The notes: generated by a model not told the origin, from the letters alone. Shown: positions 23,451 to 38,869, numbered from the stretch's first letter. The stretch: 64,000 bases of DNA from Rhizophagus irregularis (GCF_026210795.1 NC_089431.1:1364001-1428000), one strand, 5' to 3'. A program made the numbers and translations.

Positions 23451-26300
23451 CTTTTTTAAGAAATAGACAAATATTTTTTTTTTTTTTTTTTTTTTAAAAA
23501 AAAATTAGGACCTATTTTTTTTTTTTTTTTATAATAAAATAAATTCGGGAGAGAATTTTTTTAGTTTTATTCACTAAAAAACTTATATATATGATTTTAT
23601 GTAAATCTTGTTTTTGTGAAATGTTTATCATTTGTTTATCGGCTAATACCACATAATAAATTATTCTTTTTCATGTGAAATACGTGTATAATTTCTTGTT
23701 ATCAAAAGAAGAAAAAGGGAAATTGTGGGGCCAAGCCCCCAATGAATTTTTTTTTTTTTCCTCCTCAATTAAAAATTGATATAATTGGATATGAAATTAA
23801 AAATTCCATATTTCACTTAAATGATCGTTGTTTTACTTTGAGGAATTAAATTTAAATATTTTAACTACGCTTCGAACATCATATCCTTACACGGTTTAAC
23901 TCTAATGCACCAATTAAAAAATTACTTCCCGTAAATGGATTCGAATAACCAAACTTTTTTTCCCTTACAAAAGTAACAATAACACTTTTTTACTGTAACG
24001 GTAACGGTAACCCCTGTGAAAAATCACTTTCTTCGGACAAACAATTCCGAATGAAAGGTAACAGATAAAGTCTGATAAAGAAAAGAAGATGAAAACAAGA
24101 TGAAAAGAGATGAAAAATGATTTTTGAATGATTTTAAAAATTATGATTAGAGTACAATATTACAACATAAAAAAATTAAAAAATTTTTTAAAAAATTTTT
24201 TTTTTTAAGATTTTTTTTTAAAAAAAAATTTTAATAATTTTTTAATTTAAAATTTTTTTTTTTAAAAAAATTTTTTTTTTTTTTTTTTTGTGTAATTCGG
24301 ATTTTTCGGTTTTTTTTTTTAAAAAAAAAATTCATAATTATTTATTTTATCTAGACATTTTTTTTTGTAGAACAAATAGAGCAAATTTTAAAATTTTTCA
24401 AAAATTACCCGAGATTTACCAGGACCCTTTGTAAAATTTTTTTTTTTTTTTTTTTTTTTGAAATGGTTTCGGTCGTGTTCTTTTTTTTTTATTATGATCC
24501 CTTAATCGGTTAAAAAATAATCGGTTAAGATAATCGGTTAAAATAATAATCGGTTAAATTATTTAATTTACTATTTTACTATTATTCTTAAATTTAGTAA
24601 TTTTAACTTGTAAAAATTTAAACCAATAAATAATGATTGGAGGTTTTGGAATGATCCTGAGAAGTTTTTTTTTTTTTCAAGTTAAACAAAAGTTAAACAA
24701 AAATAAAAAGTCCATGATTTCATAATTTCATGCAAAATAATAAAACCTCCTTATTTCATTAGATCAAAAACGTAAAACAAAATGAAAAAAAAAAAATAAA
24801 TAAATAATTTTTTTTTTTAGAAAAAAAAAGAACTTGTCCAATTGTCCATTGTTTTTTAATTTGTATATAAAAAAAAAATTTGTGAACATTTGAACATTTT
24901 GCGAACACAAAAAAAAAAATTATGATATGAAAATTATTGTTTTGAAACACGAAAAAAATTAACTATGAAAAACTTCGTACTTCGTATTACAAAAAAAAAG
25001 ATTATTTTGATTATTTCATACTTTTAATTTAAAAGATTTATTTTTATTTTTTATTTTTCGGGTAAATAATTCTTTGTTATAAAATTCCGCGTGTTTAATC
25101 TGTTTGTTCGTAAACATAATAATAAAAAATTTAAACGTGCATTTATTAAAAATTTCATTTTTTTTTCTATTATTATTATTATTATGTTTATCCCTAAAAA
25201 TATTTATATAACAAGATAACATAATTTCCTGTATGTACTATTTATTGCATAAAGATTTAAATCTTATTGGTTTAAAATGACCCAATTTTTTTTTTTTTTT
25301 GAGTGTACACCGTTTTGTTTTGTTTTGAGAATTGCGAATTATTTACGCGGTGGCGTTTTATGTTTATTATTATTATTATTATTTATTACTTTCCCGAAAA
25401 TCATGTTTAATTAACTACATTTTTTTTTAAAAAAAATTGATTCTAAGAACTTGACGCGTTTTATAGACGCGTTTTTTTAAATAATGATTGATTTTTTAAT
25501 ACATTTATAAAATTTTCTTGGATTAATTTAAAATTTTTTTTTAAATACATTTTTGGAATTTTTTTTTAATACATTTATTAATTTAAACTTTTTTTTAAAT
25601 ACATTTATAAAATTTTTTTTTTTAATACATTTATTAATTAAAATTAATAATCTAATATTATTAGAAAGAGAATAAAATAAAAATTTAAAAAAAGGAATGT
25701 TATATATAAAAAAATTTTATACATTTAACGTTAAATAATATAATTATTGTTCATTCGGGTATATTCATTATGATTTTTTACATTTTCTACATTTTTTTTC
25801 TTTTTTTTTATATGTATATATTATTAATAAGAGATGAAAAAAATAAAAAGTTTGAAAAAGAAAAAAAAAAAGACTTTTTTTTATACAATGAGTATATACT
25901 GTATATATAAAATAATTACTAAAATGACAAATAATAAAAAAAAATGTCATTTTAACCCAAGATTACTTCCCCCGAGATTACTCCCCCGTTTTTTTTTTAA
26001 ATATGTATATAAAGTGTCTTTATAAAAAAAGTATGTATGCGAAATTATATGTAAAAGTGTGTTGTGTGAAAAAGTATGTGAAAAAAAAAGTATGTAAAAG
26101 TATGCGAAAAGTATGTAAAAGTAAGTGTAAAAGTATGTGCGAAGTATATGTAAAGTTTAATGTGAGGTATATGTAAAATATATGTAAAATATATAAAGTA
26201 CAGTAAAGTACAGATATGTACATTAAACTCTCGAAACAAAGGTTTCAAAGAGTTTATATTCATAATGTACGTTAAAGAAATCGAAATCATCCGATTATTA

Positions 26301-27388
26301 TTATATCTTTTGACCATAAAATCTGCACGTTTTGAAGACGGTTTGATTTTCTTCAATTTCTTTAACAAATTCTTCCAAGTATGAATCATACTGTTTAGGA
26401 GTGATTTCCAACTTTTTACAAATTTTATTACCATGTTGTTTAAAGGTAATTAACAAATCTTGCATTACCTAAAAAAAAAAATCAAACAAATAAATAAAAG
26501 AAATAAAGAAAATATCGAATATAATCAAATATATCAAATACTTAAAAATACTTACCAATTCACCGATAATGCCTCCCCATTTACCTACAGGTATATTGTT
26601 TGTCAGAATATTTGTATTCTTTAATTGATCACAATTTGAAGGTAATGAAGAAATTGTTTCGGATAATGAAGTATAATTTTCGAAACATGTTTTCACTAAA
26701 AAAAAAAAAAAGAGCGTTCGTTAATGTCAATCACCATGATTGATGATCGTCGTCGTAAAAGATACTATACTTAACTGGCAGAAATTAATTTTTGAGTGAT
26801 ATGACCAACTCTTTCATTCTCAAATTCCAAATTCCAAGTAGTTATTTCTAACCATGAGTCACATTTCATGATATTAATAATATCATTTATTATATCATTT
26901 TGACAAAATGAATGTTCGTTATGCATATGTTCAATAAAATTTATATGTATATAAGAAAATGTTGAAGGAGGGAAAGGTAAATATTCGGGTTTATTCGCGA
27001 GAAAGAATTTTGTATTTTTTGGCCTTATTTCAGAAGGAAAAATTGGTATCAAATCGATTCCTGTAAAAGAACATCTTGAAAATTCTGTAGCCATATCCAA
27101 AATCCAAGTACCTGGGCCACATTTGATTTCGAGAGCATTCACACTTCCAGATTCCAATAAATCTCTAATCGGGGAACTAAAATTACCCTTCCAGATATGT
27201 TTGAGTAAGTATTGTTGCGAAACAATTCTATCGATTGTTTCGGAGTTATACTTTATATCAAGATCTTTTACATTATTCAATTCAGAAGTAATCAAATGTA
27301 AATGTTTTAATTCACTCTCGCTTGCAAAAGATTTTTGTTTATGATGATGATTTTTAGGTGTCATCTTTTTTGATTGTTGTACACCCAT
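26301..27388 (-). CDS. Divergent class I SAM-dependent methyltransferase (LaeA-like), ~306 aa. Exons 27388-26776, 26695-26556, 26468-26301
   Basis: 921 nt in frame. DRIVSQQYLLKHIWKGNFSSPI, ALEIKCGPGTW, FTGIDL, LPFPPSTFSYIH, PVGKWGGIIGEL, RFYGQK. Confidence 0.85.
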
Positions 27389-30300
27389 TTTTGAAATTTA
27401 ATTTATAAATTTTTTTCAAAAAAAAGGAGAAAGAATGTGATTTAAGGTATAATCAAAGGAAGAGAAAGACGATAATCTTTAAAGGATGGTTTGGTAAAAA
27501 AAAAGAAAAAAAAAGAGGGAAAGAAGGAAAGAAGGATTGATTATCTGTCAAAATTTTAATATTTTAAAGTGAATTTTTTTCAGAGTTCGATTTTAGTCGG
27601 TTTTTATATTGTTTGAACATAACAAAGGTTTTTACCGAATATATATCAGTTATATAAATTTTCTTTTTTAAATGTAATACCTTTATTGCATATATTGTCA
27701 AAGTATATTATTAAAATTAGGAATATATTTTTATTTTTTATAAAAGTATAAGTATATGCATGGGCAGGGTATAAATATTTGTTGTGTATAAATCTTACGA
27801 CCAAAATCTTCATTGATAAGAGATCTAGGACCGAAAGGGTAAAATTTTAACCGAATTTATCTTAAAACCTTTTAACTCAAATACACTTTCGACTCTAATC
27901 CTTTAAGTTCTTAATCATTAGATAAATCAACTCCGGATTCTCTATACTAAGAAAGGTTAAAAAAACTTTTTTATTTCTTTTACTTGGATCTCTTTGTAAT
28001 AATTTTGATTCATAACAGGAAAATTTTTTGGTTGGGTAAAATAAATTATTTTTATCTTAATAAAGTAACAAAACAGAGTTATATGATATTTATTAATTTG
28101 GGTTCATTGTCAAAAAAAGTTATTTCAAATTTGTTTTTTATTTTTTATTTTCTTTTTTTTACCATTCATATTTTAAACCAATTTTGGACATAATCCATTG
28201 TCTTTATTTCTTAGTTATTCATGCTTTAATATATCATTATTTCGTTTGTTATCCATGTTTTATTAATAAAAATGATTTTTTTTTGTTTTTCTCATTCTTT
28301 ATTTTTTTTAGAATGAAAATAATTTATTTCGTGCTCATTTTCGGGTATCGTCATTGCATAGTCAAGGGTACCCATACAGAAGATCTTTCTTTAAACTTTA
28401 AATTACATAAATTACATAATTGTTTAAAAAAAAAATGAATTTGCATTTAAAGGAAAATTTTTTATTCAGATAAACAAATTTAGAATAATATAATAAATAA
28501 TTGACCGAATTTAGTAAATTTATATAGAAAAAAATAATCGGGTTCTCGATTCAGTTTATTTTGATAAATCATTCATGCAGAGTAATTTTTGATATTACAT
28601 AATTTCAATATGAAAATATAATAATATGGATAATATGGATGATAATATGGATAATATGTACTTTTTTTTTCACTCAAAATAAATTGAATCTTAAAAAAAA
28701 AATTTTTTAAACACGAATTATAATTAAAACACCTTTTTTCGTTAGTTATTCCTTTCAATAAACAATAGTAAAAAGGTAATTAAAAAAAAATTTTTTTTTT
28801 TTTCTCATTATCATATCAAAAAAAGAGTTGATTTACTTTATTGTAAGATTCTTTTTTGAATGAGTTAATTTTCTTTGTGTACATGCATAAAGAAAAAATA
28901 TATATATAAGTTTTTTTTTTTTTAACAATTTTTTACCGTAATTGTAATAATAACATATATTGTAATCGAAGTTTGGAATGAAAATTACAGAATTTTTTTA
29001 AAAAAGTAAAAATTGTAAATTTATTAATTTATTTTAAAAACGAATTAAAATTCTCAAATTCTTTTTTTTTTAAAAAAAAACTTGTATTTTTTTAAAATAA
29101 TGAATTTTTTTTTATTATTATTATTATTATTATTTATTATTATTATTTATTTATTATTTTTTTTTTTCGATAAACAGAAAATTTGGTAAATCCTTTTTAT
29201 TTTTTTTAATATAACTATTATTGAATTTGTATTAAGAATTGTTATACATTTACATTTTACATTTTTTACCTGTTATCTTAACTGTTGTTCTAATATATCT
29301 TATATTATTGTACTGTTGTAGCTAGCTTTTATATTTTTTTATATTTTATCACTTTAAAACTGTGCTTTATTAAATTATTCGGAGTTTTTTTTACTTTACT
29401 CATTTTACTCGTGTGTGTGTATTTCATTCCCCCCATAACTTAATATTACCAAAAATGTTCAAAAATGAAATTTTTTTACAAAATTTATCTGTATAATGCA
29501 AACCTCGTGCTTATCTATGCTGCGGGTATGATCGTAATACTAAACTTGTTTAGTTGGCGTTAAAAATGTAATAATCCAAAATAAACATTGAGTCACAATA
29601 TCATTTTTTTCGAAGAAAAAATTATTTTTTTATTTCGATAATCGATAATAATGAAACTTGATCATGTGGAAACATAAACTAACCTTTTTTTTTTCCTTAT
29701 CTTTTTGAAAGATTTTCTGTTCAAATTTACTTTTGAATAATTTTTGATATACATAAATAATATTATAATACATAAAATAATACATAAAAAATATTATTAT
29801 AATACTAAAAATATTATAATACATACATAAAAAATATTATAATAATACATAATACATAATAATAAATACATAAATTTGTATAATACATTAAAAAAATTCT
29901 TGTAAAAAATTCTAGCTATCAAATTTATTTTTACCCGACATATTACTCATTACTCTTCATGTACATTGATAATCCTTCTAAATAAACAAAAAAATAAAAA
30001 AACAACTCACCCTGACTTTTTTATTTGTATTACAAAAAACTTTAATAAAGTAAAACCTTTATCCCCCTGTTCTCCGTTTTTGGGTAAAAATACTTCTTGT
30101 ATAATAACCGATAGTGCATATATATAAAAAAAAAAAAACATTCTATGAAAAGAATTTTTTATCGAATTTTATTAAGTCTATTAAAGTCACGTTTTTTTTT
30201 TTTTGATTAAAAACTTAAAGTAAAAAATATCACGTGAATTATTCGTATTTTTTACCAAAATTTTAACATTAAATTCCATAAATTTCATAAATTCTTGTAA

Positions 30301-31676
30301 GGAGTTAAAAAAAGGGATTATTATAAATTTACAATTATATCGCGGATTATACTAATAAAATTTTAAATTACAAATGGTTACCAAACAACACATCATCTGT
30401 GGTTTTATTTTTGAAACGCTAAAAACATCTAGATTTTTTTTTTTAAAAAGAAAAAATATTTATAATTATTTATGCGGAAACTGTAAATAATGAAATAATA
30501 TAATGTAAATAAGACAAAAAAAATTAATAATTTACGTACTGCTGGTGGCTTGTGTCGCTGACTCATTTACCTTATTACTTGCTCTTTGATTTAGGAATGT
30601 TTAGGAACGTTATGCAGTTATCTTATGGAGGAATTATAAAAAATCATATGAAAATTAGACAAATTTATCGACATTCAGTATGTAATGCCATTTGCTGATT
30701 GCTTAACAATCATTTTAATCATTAAAATCATTAAAATCATTTTAATAATTTAATCGTTTTAATAATTTTAATAATTTTAATCATTTTAATAATTTTAATT
30801 TTTTAATCATTTAATTATTTTAATAATTATTTTAATCATTTTTTTTTTTAAAAGAAAAAAAAATTCATCTTAATATAAAATATCATTTAATATTTTTTTT
30901 TTAAGAAAAAAAGGTCATTATTAGTGACGGCTATCTATATGTTTAATATGTTTAATATGTTTAAAATTCGTCAAATCTTCATATTAATTAATGATATTTA
31001 AAATACATATAATAATACATGTACCAGTATGACTTATTTTGCGAATACGTATTAATACGTATTCATACGTATTAATGGGATTAATGGGATTAACAGTTAA
31101 TGGGATTATTCCGCGAAGTGGAACTACTCTACTGTAGGTCACCAATTATCATAATGTTTTTCTACATATATATATATATCCCTTAAATATATATTGTATA
31201 TATTTCCATTTTCCCTTAAATATATATATATGTTTTCCCATTTTCCCTTAAACATTTATATATGTTTTCCCCTTAAATATATACTGCATTTCTCTTTAAT
31301 ATATACATTTTCCTTAATATATACTGTTCCCTTAAATATATACTATATATACTGCATTTCCCTTAAATATAAAGGATGTCATAACCACATCGAAATTGTT
31401 CGAAATACTTTAAATACTACTTGTCTTCTACAATGATTCGCGGGTATCACGTGCTAATACTTTGACATATCTAAAATAAAATATCAGTAAAGAATAAAAT
31501 AACTGCGTCCGAGTTGCCACGTTTTTCTAAACCTGTAATTTCGGCACAAAAAAAAAAGATTTTCGTATAAATTATCCGATGGTATAAGTAAGTATACCTG
31601 GTAAAAATGAATGAAAGGGAATGTAAAATAAATAACATTCGAATTATCCGATTAGTTAGAGATTTTAACCTTATTT

Positions 31677-31708
<32 letters not shown>

Positions 31709-33323
31709 AAAAAAAAAAAGATTTTTGCCATACCAAAATTAATATTTCCCGAATAAATAATACAAAATATATACATGATATAAAAGTTGATTTCAAATCA
31801 CTTTAAAAAAAAAAAGGATCAATATATATTTAAGGTTAATTCTTTTTGAAAATATAATGTTTTTTTTTTTGACACCACAGATTCGTTTATTTTTTTAAAA
31901 AACTTAATTTCTAAATTATTATTACCGTAAAGGTTATTTTTTGCCATAAAGGTCACAAATTATCTCACATGGTTACGTGCGTGTGAAATGTTGAACCCGT
32001 TTTTTTTTTAAAAAAAAAACAATCATGATTATTGTTTGGCAAGATGTGAAACAAGTTGACTTTGTAAACCTGATTATATATATCTGATTATATATCAGAT
32101 ATAATATATTCCATTTTAAGCATATCAATTCACTCAATTATTTAAAGATTAAAGTATTGATTATATTAATATCTATCCCATAACGCGTTATTGATTCATT
32201 TATACAAACATGGATACTTTATCAACACATGGTACAGGAAACAATTATAATAATAATATTTATTATTTATCTTTGTGTAATTTTTTAATTATAAAATATA
32301 TATGTATAAATTTTTATAATAAATATAGTTAATATTTTTTTTTTATACTTGAAAAAAAATTCAATAAAAATTTTTTTTTTTATTTATGAATACATATTAA
32401 GACAAGATCAAATTTTTTTTTCAAAACAATGGATCCAAAATCAATCAACCTTTTTCTCTCAGTAACACTGATTCTTAACTTTGATTCGTTTATATATAAT
32501 AATAATACAGTAAAAAATTAGTATAATTAATATAATATTCATTTACACATCTTAAACATCTTAAAATTATTGAAACTTAAAAAAAAAAATTATAAAAAAA
32601 AAATATTTTATTTATTCAACAAGAATAAATTATATTGAACCTTTTGAACACACAAATAATATTTATTAAAACAAAAAGTACAACTTTGTTACGTTTAAAT
32701 ACGGTCAACTTTGAAAAGAACGAGAAAATTCTTTTTCATATTTTACATATTTTACGTATCCAAATTAATGCTCATTTTATTCATTTTATTAAAAAAAAAA
32801 ATACCAGTTTTTGAACATGGTAATCAATAAATTAATATTCATTCACAAATATTTTTTTTTTTAAAAAAAATCATTTCGGTTGTTAATAAGGTTTAAACTT
32901 TAAAAATAAAAAAATTTTAAACGTTATCTTAATTGAGATATGATTTACACGGTGGCTCGACTCATGTGACATGAAAATCTTTAATGTTTTGAAACGTGGT
33001 ACGTTTGACCTGTTCATACTATGCCTTTTCGGTAGAATGTTCGGGAAGCCTGATTTTTTTTTTCGCGGTCATTTAATTATTTGACACAAAATGAAAATGA
33101 CTTAATTTCTTTTTATTTCCACGCACGATTGTTACAGAAAGTATGTAAGAATTAAATCTTAAAAATTGAATCACATAATTACCAAATTGATTTCATGTTT
33201 TTAATCTTTAAAAATAAAAATAATATATACTGTAAAAAATAAAATATTGTATTTTATCTTTTTTTTATCACCTTTTTTTAATATTTCACGAAAAAAAAAA
33301 TTATTATTATTTTATTATTTTTA

Positions 33324-33356
<33 letters not shown>

Positions 33357-33599
33357 TTTTATTTTAGCCATTTTTATTTTTTTTTATTTATTTATTTATT
33401 TATTTTTTCTTTCTGTGATCAATTATTAGAAATTATCACACAGATAATTTGACAAATCTGAATAAAAATTTTAATTCCTATTATTTGTTTGTTTATTATT
33501 ATTTTTCTTTCTACGATAAATAATAAAAAAATTGACAAATAATAAAAAAAATTGACGGAATAAAGATAATGAATTTAATTAAAATTTTAAATAGAGTAA

Positions 33600-33760
33600 A
33601 ATTGAATAGCAGATAGAATAAAATAAGATTCAATAGAAAATAGAATGGGATTCAATGGAATATAATAGGATTCAATAGTGAATATAAAATAGGATTCAAT
33701 AGAGAATATAATAGGATTCAATAGGGATTCAATAGAATAGGATTCATAGAATTGAATTAA
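33600..33760. repeat. Low-complexity AATAGGATTCAAT tandem repeats
   Basis: About seven degenerate copies of (A)TAGGATTCAATAG. Confidence 0.7.
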
Positions 33761-34135
33761 ATAAATAAATTAGAATAAAATAAATTAAAATAAATTAAAT
33801 TAGAATTCAATAAATTCAATAGAATAAATTAGAATAAAAAATAAAATTCAATATAATAAATTAAAATAAAATAAAAATTAAATAATTAATATAAATCATC
33901 AAAAAAAAAAACAATAAAAGAAACACACAATTCAAGTAACCATTCCATTAAGGTAATAGGCGGTAATAGGCGACAAATTTTGTGATAAATGACTTGAATA
34001 ATAATTAAACTAATTTATAGAATACTTTTTTCCGTCAATAATTAAATTAATTATTATTGAATGAATGAGATATTTGGATGAGATATTTGGATGATATTTG
34101 GATGAGAATAAAAAAATCTTAGTGAACCCCACTTT

Positions 34136-34595
34136 ATAACGAAGCCATGAAATCGAAACCAAAAAAAAAGCCCTAGATTTTTTAACGAAACAAAAACTGT
34201 AGATTTTTAATGAAACCAAAAAAACTCTATTTCTAAAAAAACTCTAAACGAAACCAAAAAAAATCTATTTTTTAAAAAAAAAACTCTAGATTTTTTAACG
34301 GAACCGAAACTGTATATTTTTAATGAAACCAAAAAAACTCTATTTTTTTAAAAAAATAATTGTTTGACGAAACCAAAACTTAAATTGTAGATAACGAAGC
34401 CAAAAACTGTAAATTTTTAACGAAACCAAAAAAAAATTGTAGATAAATCAAAAAAATTTATTTTTAAAATTTTAGAAAATTAAGAAAATTTAAATTTTTT
34501 TTAACAAATCCAAGGAAATTTAAAAATCCAAGAAAATTTAAATTTTTTGATGAAACCAAAAAGATTTAAATTTTTTAACGAAACCAAAAAAAAAA
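34136..34595. repeat. Degenerate ~25-35-bp tandem array
   Basis: Repeated TTTTTAAYGAAACCAAAAAAACT(C/G)TAGA units. Confidence 0.8.
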
Positions 34596-34960
34596 ATGTA
34601 AAAAAACTATGCGATTGGATCCTTTCCAGTCCTGAGTAAAAAAAATCAGATGCAATGCATATTAACTTGATGTATTTTTGCGTGTATTAGATATTGTATT
34701 TAAATGTACTAGAGATGTACTAGATGTACTTGGATGTATTTGTCATCATATACTACATGTATTGCCATGTACCATATTTTATAAACAGTTAAATTTTTAA
34801 ATTTTTTTGAGTTTATTAACCAAATATATATTTCATTTTCACCGTTTTCTCTAATACTACTTGTATCTTTTTTACAAATTCGTTAATTCGTTCGTAATAA
34901 TGTTATAATATTAATGTTTCATTCATTTATTTGTTTATTTATTTATTTCTTTATCTCGCT

Positions 34961-34990
34961 TTTTTTTTTTTTTCTTTCTTTCTTTTTTTT

Positions 34991-35041
<51 letters not shown>

Positions 35042-35050
35042 CTTTCTCTT
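34961..35050. repeat. Long poly(T) tract
   Basis: About 90 nt of T with a few C. It produces the spurious poly-Lys ORF 34935-35147. Confidence 0.95.
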
Positions 35051-35478
35051 GATTCGAGAAATACAAAAATTTATTGAATGAAAATAAATAATATTTGATA
35101 GTAAACATGCAATTGAAGATCATCATCAAATGTTTGAATACCTTCAAAGGTACTCAACAGGTGTCAAAGCCTCTTGAAATTTCCCAAAAATGAGTGTAAA
35201 TAAAACTACACTCATGCATCATAAAGCATAAAGTTTAAAATAGTGATACCGTGTACCACAGAAAAAAAATCAGGACCTACAGAGTATCTTCAATCTTAAA
35301 ATACCAAATTCTTTTTACAATGAAAATTTTTTTTTTTTTTTCATAACTTTTGGATAATTATAATTTTTTTTTTTTTTTAACAATTACAATCTGCACGAAG
35401 ACGTGCAAAACAAATATATGATAATTGTAAAAAAACTGTAACTGAGAAAAAATTTTTTTGACATATAAAAAAGAATCA

Positions 35479-35528
<50 letters not shown>

Positions 35529-37924
35529 TTGAATGAACCTATATTTAGACAGACGGAACTTTAACCCGAGGGATTTTTTTTTTATTATTATTGTTATTAT
35601 GATTAAACTTGTCGAAAAACGGGATTCTTTTAAAATAAACAACAACAAAAAAAAAAGAAAGAAAATTTTTTTTTATTCAAACTCCAAAACTCCGAAATTT
35701 TATCGAGTCATGACCATGAATATCTATCTCGATTATTATTAGCGATTATAGTAAAAATATAGCGATTATAGTAAAAGTATTAAGCTTATTAAGCTAACTA
35801 ACCAAAAGAATTAAAAAGAATTAAGAATTTTTTTTTTTTTTAAATGAATTCAATATATATTATGATACCCGTATGTAAAACTACGTTATGTATACGCCGA
35901 ATATTTATTTAAACTGCGCCTCGTACTACCATAACTGTTATTTGTGAAAGTTTCACAAATTCACAAAGTGGCGTGTGATAATTGTTACACATAGCGTCAT
36001 CTAATATAAATGTCATAAGCAAAGCGAAACTGATAACTCTTTTTTCATTTTTTTTTTTATTTTAAAAATTTTCATTATATTTTTTTTTTTAAAGTAGATA
36101 AAAGAATAATATAACTTAATAATATAATTTTTAAAAATATAAATTTAAAAATATATCTTTTGAATTTTTAAATAAAGAATTTTTTTTTTAAAAAAAAAAT
36201 TATTTTTAATGTTGTAATGAGCCTTACAAATTTATTTATTTTGTTAAAAATTATTACACAACATTTGACTTTTTTTTTTATTGTACCTTTATAGGTAAAG
36301 ATAACAAACATGATAATACTAATTCGTATTGTTCATTGTCATTCATTCTTTACTTAAACGGAGAGAACTAACAAAGATCAAGTTGTTGTAAGTTATTGTA
36401 AGTTGTTGTAAGTTGTTGTAAATTGTTGAGAGATGTTGAGAGATGTTGAAGAGCTGTTGAAGAGCTGTTGAAGAGTTTTTGTAATGGTTTAGCTAAAATT
36501 AAAAACATACTTGGTGAAAAAAAAATCGGATATAATGAGCAATTAAGGTAATGACTATGAGAAAAAATTTAGTTAGTAACAGCTGCATATTGAAGAGATA
36601 AATTGTGAATATCAACCGGAATAAAAAGGAAATTGATAGGATTAGTGGAAAAATCGGAGAAACATCAAACGAAAAAAATAACCAAAAAAGTATGATAACC
36701 GAGAAGGGGAATGATGGGCGGAAGTTGTATTGACTTTCCGTCATCTTGCTTAACATTGTTATTCAGATGATGGATCAAAATATTTTAAATAAAAATGATG
36801 ATGAAACTCATAAAGGAGGGGAAAAAGTCCAAAAAGAGGTGAAAGTAGTCCCAAAGTGATATAGATAAGGTAATTTGAGTAATTGAAGTTAAGTCTCGTA
36901 GAAGCATGATGAATAATTGGAATGCAAGAATTATTAATTTAACAGGTAATTTATTATACAAATAATACCTGTAAAGTTTCACAAAATAAGTACTGAATAA
37001 GTTAAACAATTTAGTTTCCATGGTTCACAATATGATTATATGATTGGCGAGGGAATTATTATTACGCGACCTTTTGACCTTTTACGACCTGTTAATAAAA
37101 AATTTTGATAATCATCCAAAGTTGATGTTGGTGATAGTGGCGCAGTTTGGAAAAGGGAAATTGACGTAAACGCGACAGAATTTAGTGATTATTATGAGTA
37201 TTTAAATCAGATGATCATGTATATTTCGTGTTGTATATACAATTTATATGTTGTATATGTTGTATATATATATTAACAAGTTATCACTTTTATCTTTCAA
37301 AATATTACATTATTACGCCAATATTACTTTTTTAAATTTATAATTTATGTGTGCGCATGATGTTAAACAATAAGTTGTCGATAACTTAATAACCATATCG
37401 ATAAGTCCTTATTGTTTAATCCCATAATGAGGTATAATCACTTAATTATTTAAAAATTCGGTTAAAGATAATAAAGAAAAAACGTTTTTTTTTTTTCTTT
37501 GCTACTTTTTTTGTTTCATCATTTGTTTCAAGGAGGAGAAAATAAAACGAGAACTAATATAAATATTTTAATCTGTTTATTCTGTAAATGGTTAATTAGA
37601 CGGACATTACGGGCATATGTCCCGCGAAACAAAAAAAAAATTTTTTTTTATTTTTTTTTTTTCACTCACTTTTTATACTTTTACCCCTTTTATTATAATA
37701 AAAATAGTACATATTCGCAAACAGTAAAGGTAATCGCCGAATCTTATTGATATTCGGGTGAAATTAAATATTTTTAATGTGACACTAAAAAAGATTCAAG
37801 TTTTGAAAAAAAAAAGGAGATCGTACAACACAAACTAGTTATCTCCAAAATCTACAGAAATATCCAGAAAAAAAAATTTTTTTTTTGGTTTAAATAAATC
37901 AAAGGCGTTCACCGTTTGTCAAGA

Positions 37925-37957
<33 letters not shown>

Positions 37958-38869
37958 AAAATATCCAATGAAAATTCATCATGTATGATGAAATTATCAC
38001 TTAAAAAGATATGCAACTTAAAGATATGCAAGTTTGTAAAAAGGCTTTGTATTAATGGTATTTAAATGAAATTTTTTTGTAAGTAAAGAAAGAAAAATAA
38101 AAAAAAAAATTTCTGCGGATTTTTTTTAAAAATTTTAAAAAAGTAATAGTAGTTAGTTAGTTAGTAGTAAGTAAGTAAAAAAAAAGCATATCATTATATT
38201 GATTATCAAGTGATACATTTTAATGTTAAATGACATCATCATAACAAATAATATCAACTCTTTTTCTTTAAAGTATTTCGTACTTTTTTTTTTTTTTATT
38301 TATTTTTTAAATATTTTTTTATTTATTTATTTATGTACATATATATGTGTATATATATTATATATATATACATTTTTTTTTTTTATGTATATTAAAATAT
38401 TGATAAATGAAAAATTCTCTTTCTATTTTTTTTGGTTAAAAAAAAAATAAAGTTGGTAAAAAAAAAAAAGCAATTGAAAAAAAAACAAGAAACTCTCCAA
38501 ATCAGTATTCTATTCTATTATATACTGTAATGGTGGTTTTATCCTATCAATCTATTAAAGTAAGATTCATTTTGAATAATTGTTGAATGGAATTATATTG
38601 TATGACCGTAACCTTAAAATTATATACTTTTTATTGTTTAATATATCCCAATGATTTTATTATAAAAAACTCCTAAATATTTTAATTTTGTTTGAATTCA
38701 TAATTTTTTTCACTTTTTTTTTAATTTCAACAAAAAAAAATTTATTATAAAAAAAAAACCAAAAAAATAATATATATATATCAAATATTTTTTTCCTCAA
38801 CATCCAATTTACTTTCTTCATTAAATAAATAAATAAATAAATAAGAAAAAAAAAACAAAAAAAAAAAGA

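Noticed and set aside
34935..35147. Poly-Lys ORF
   Set aside because: Translation of a poly(T) tract.
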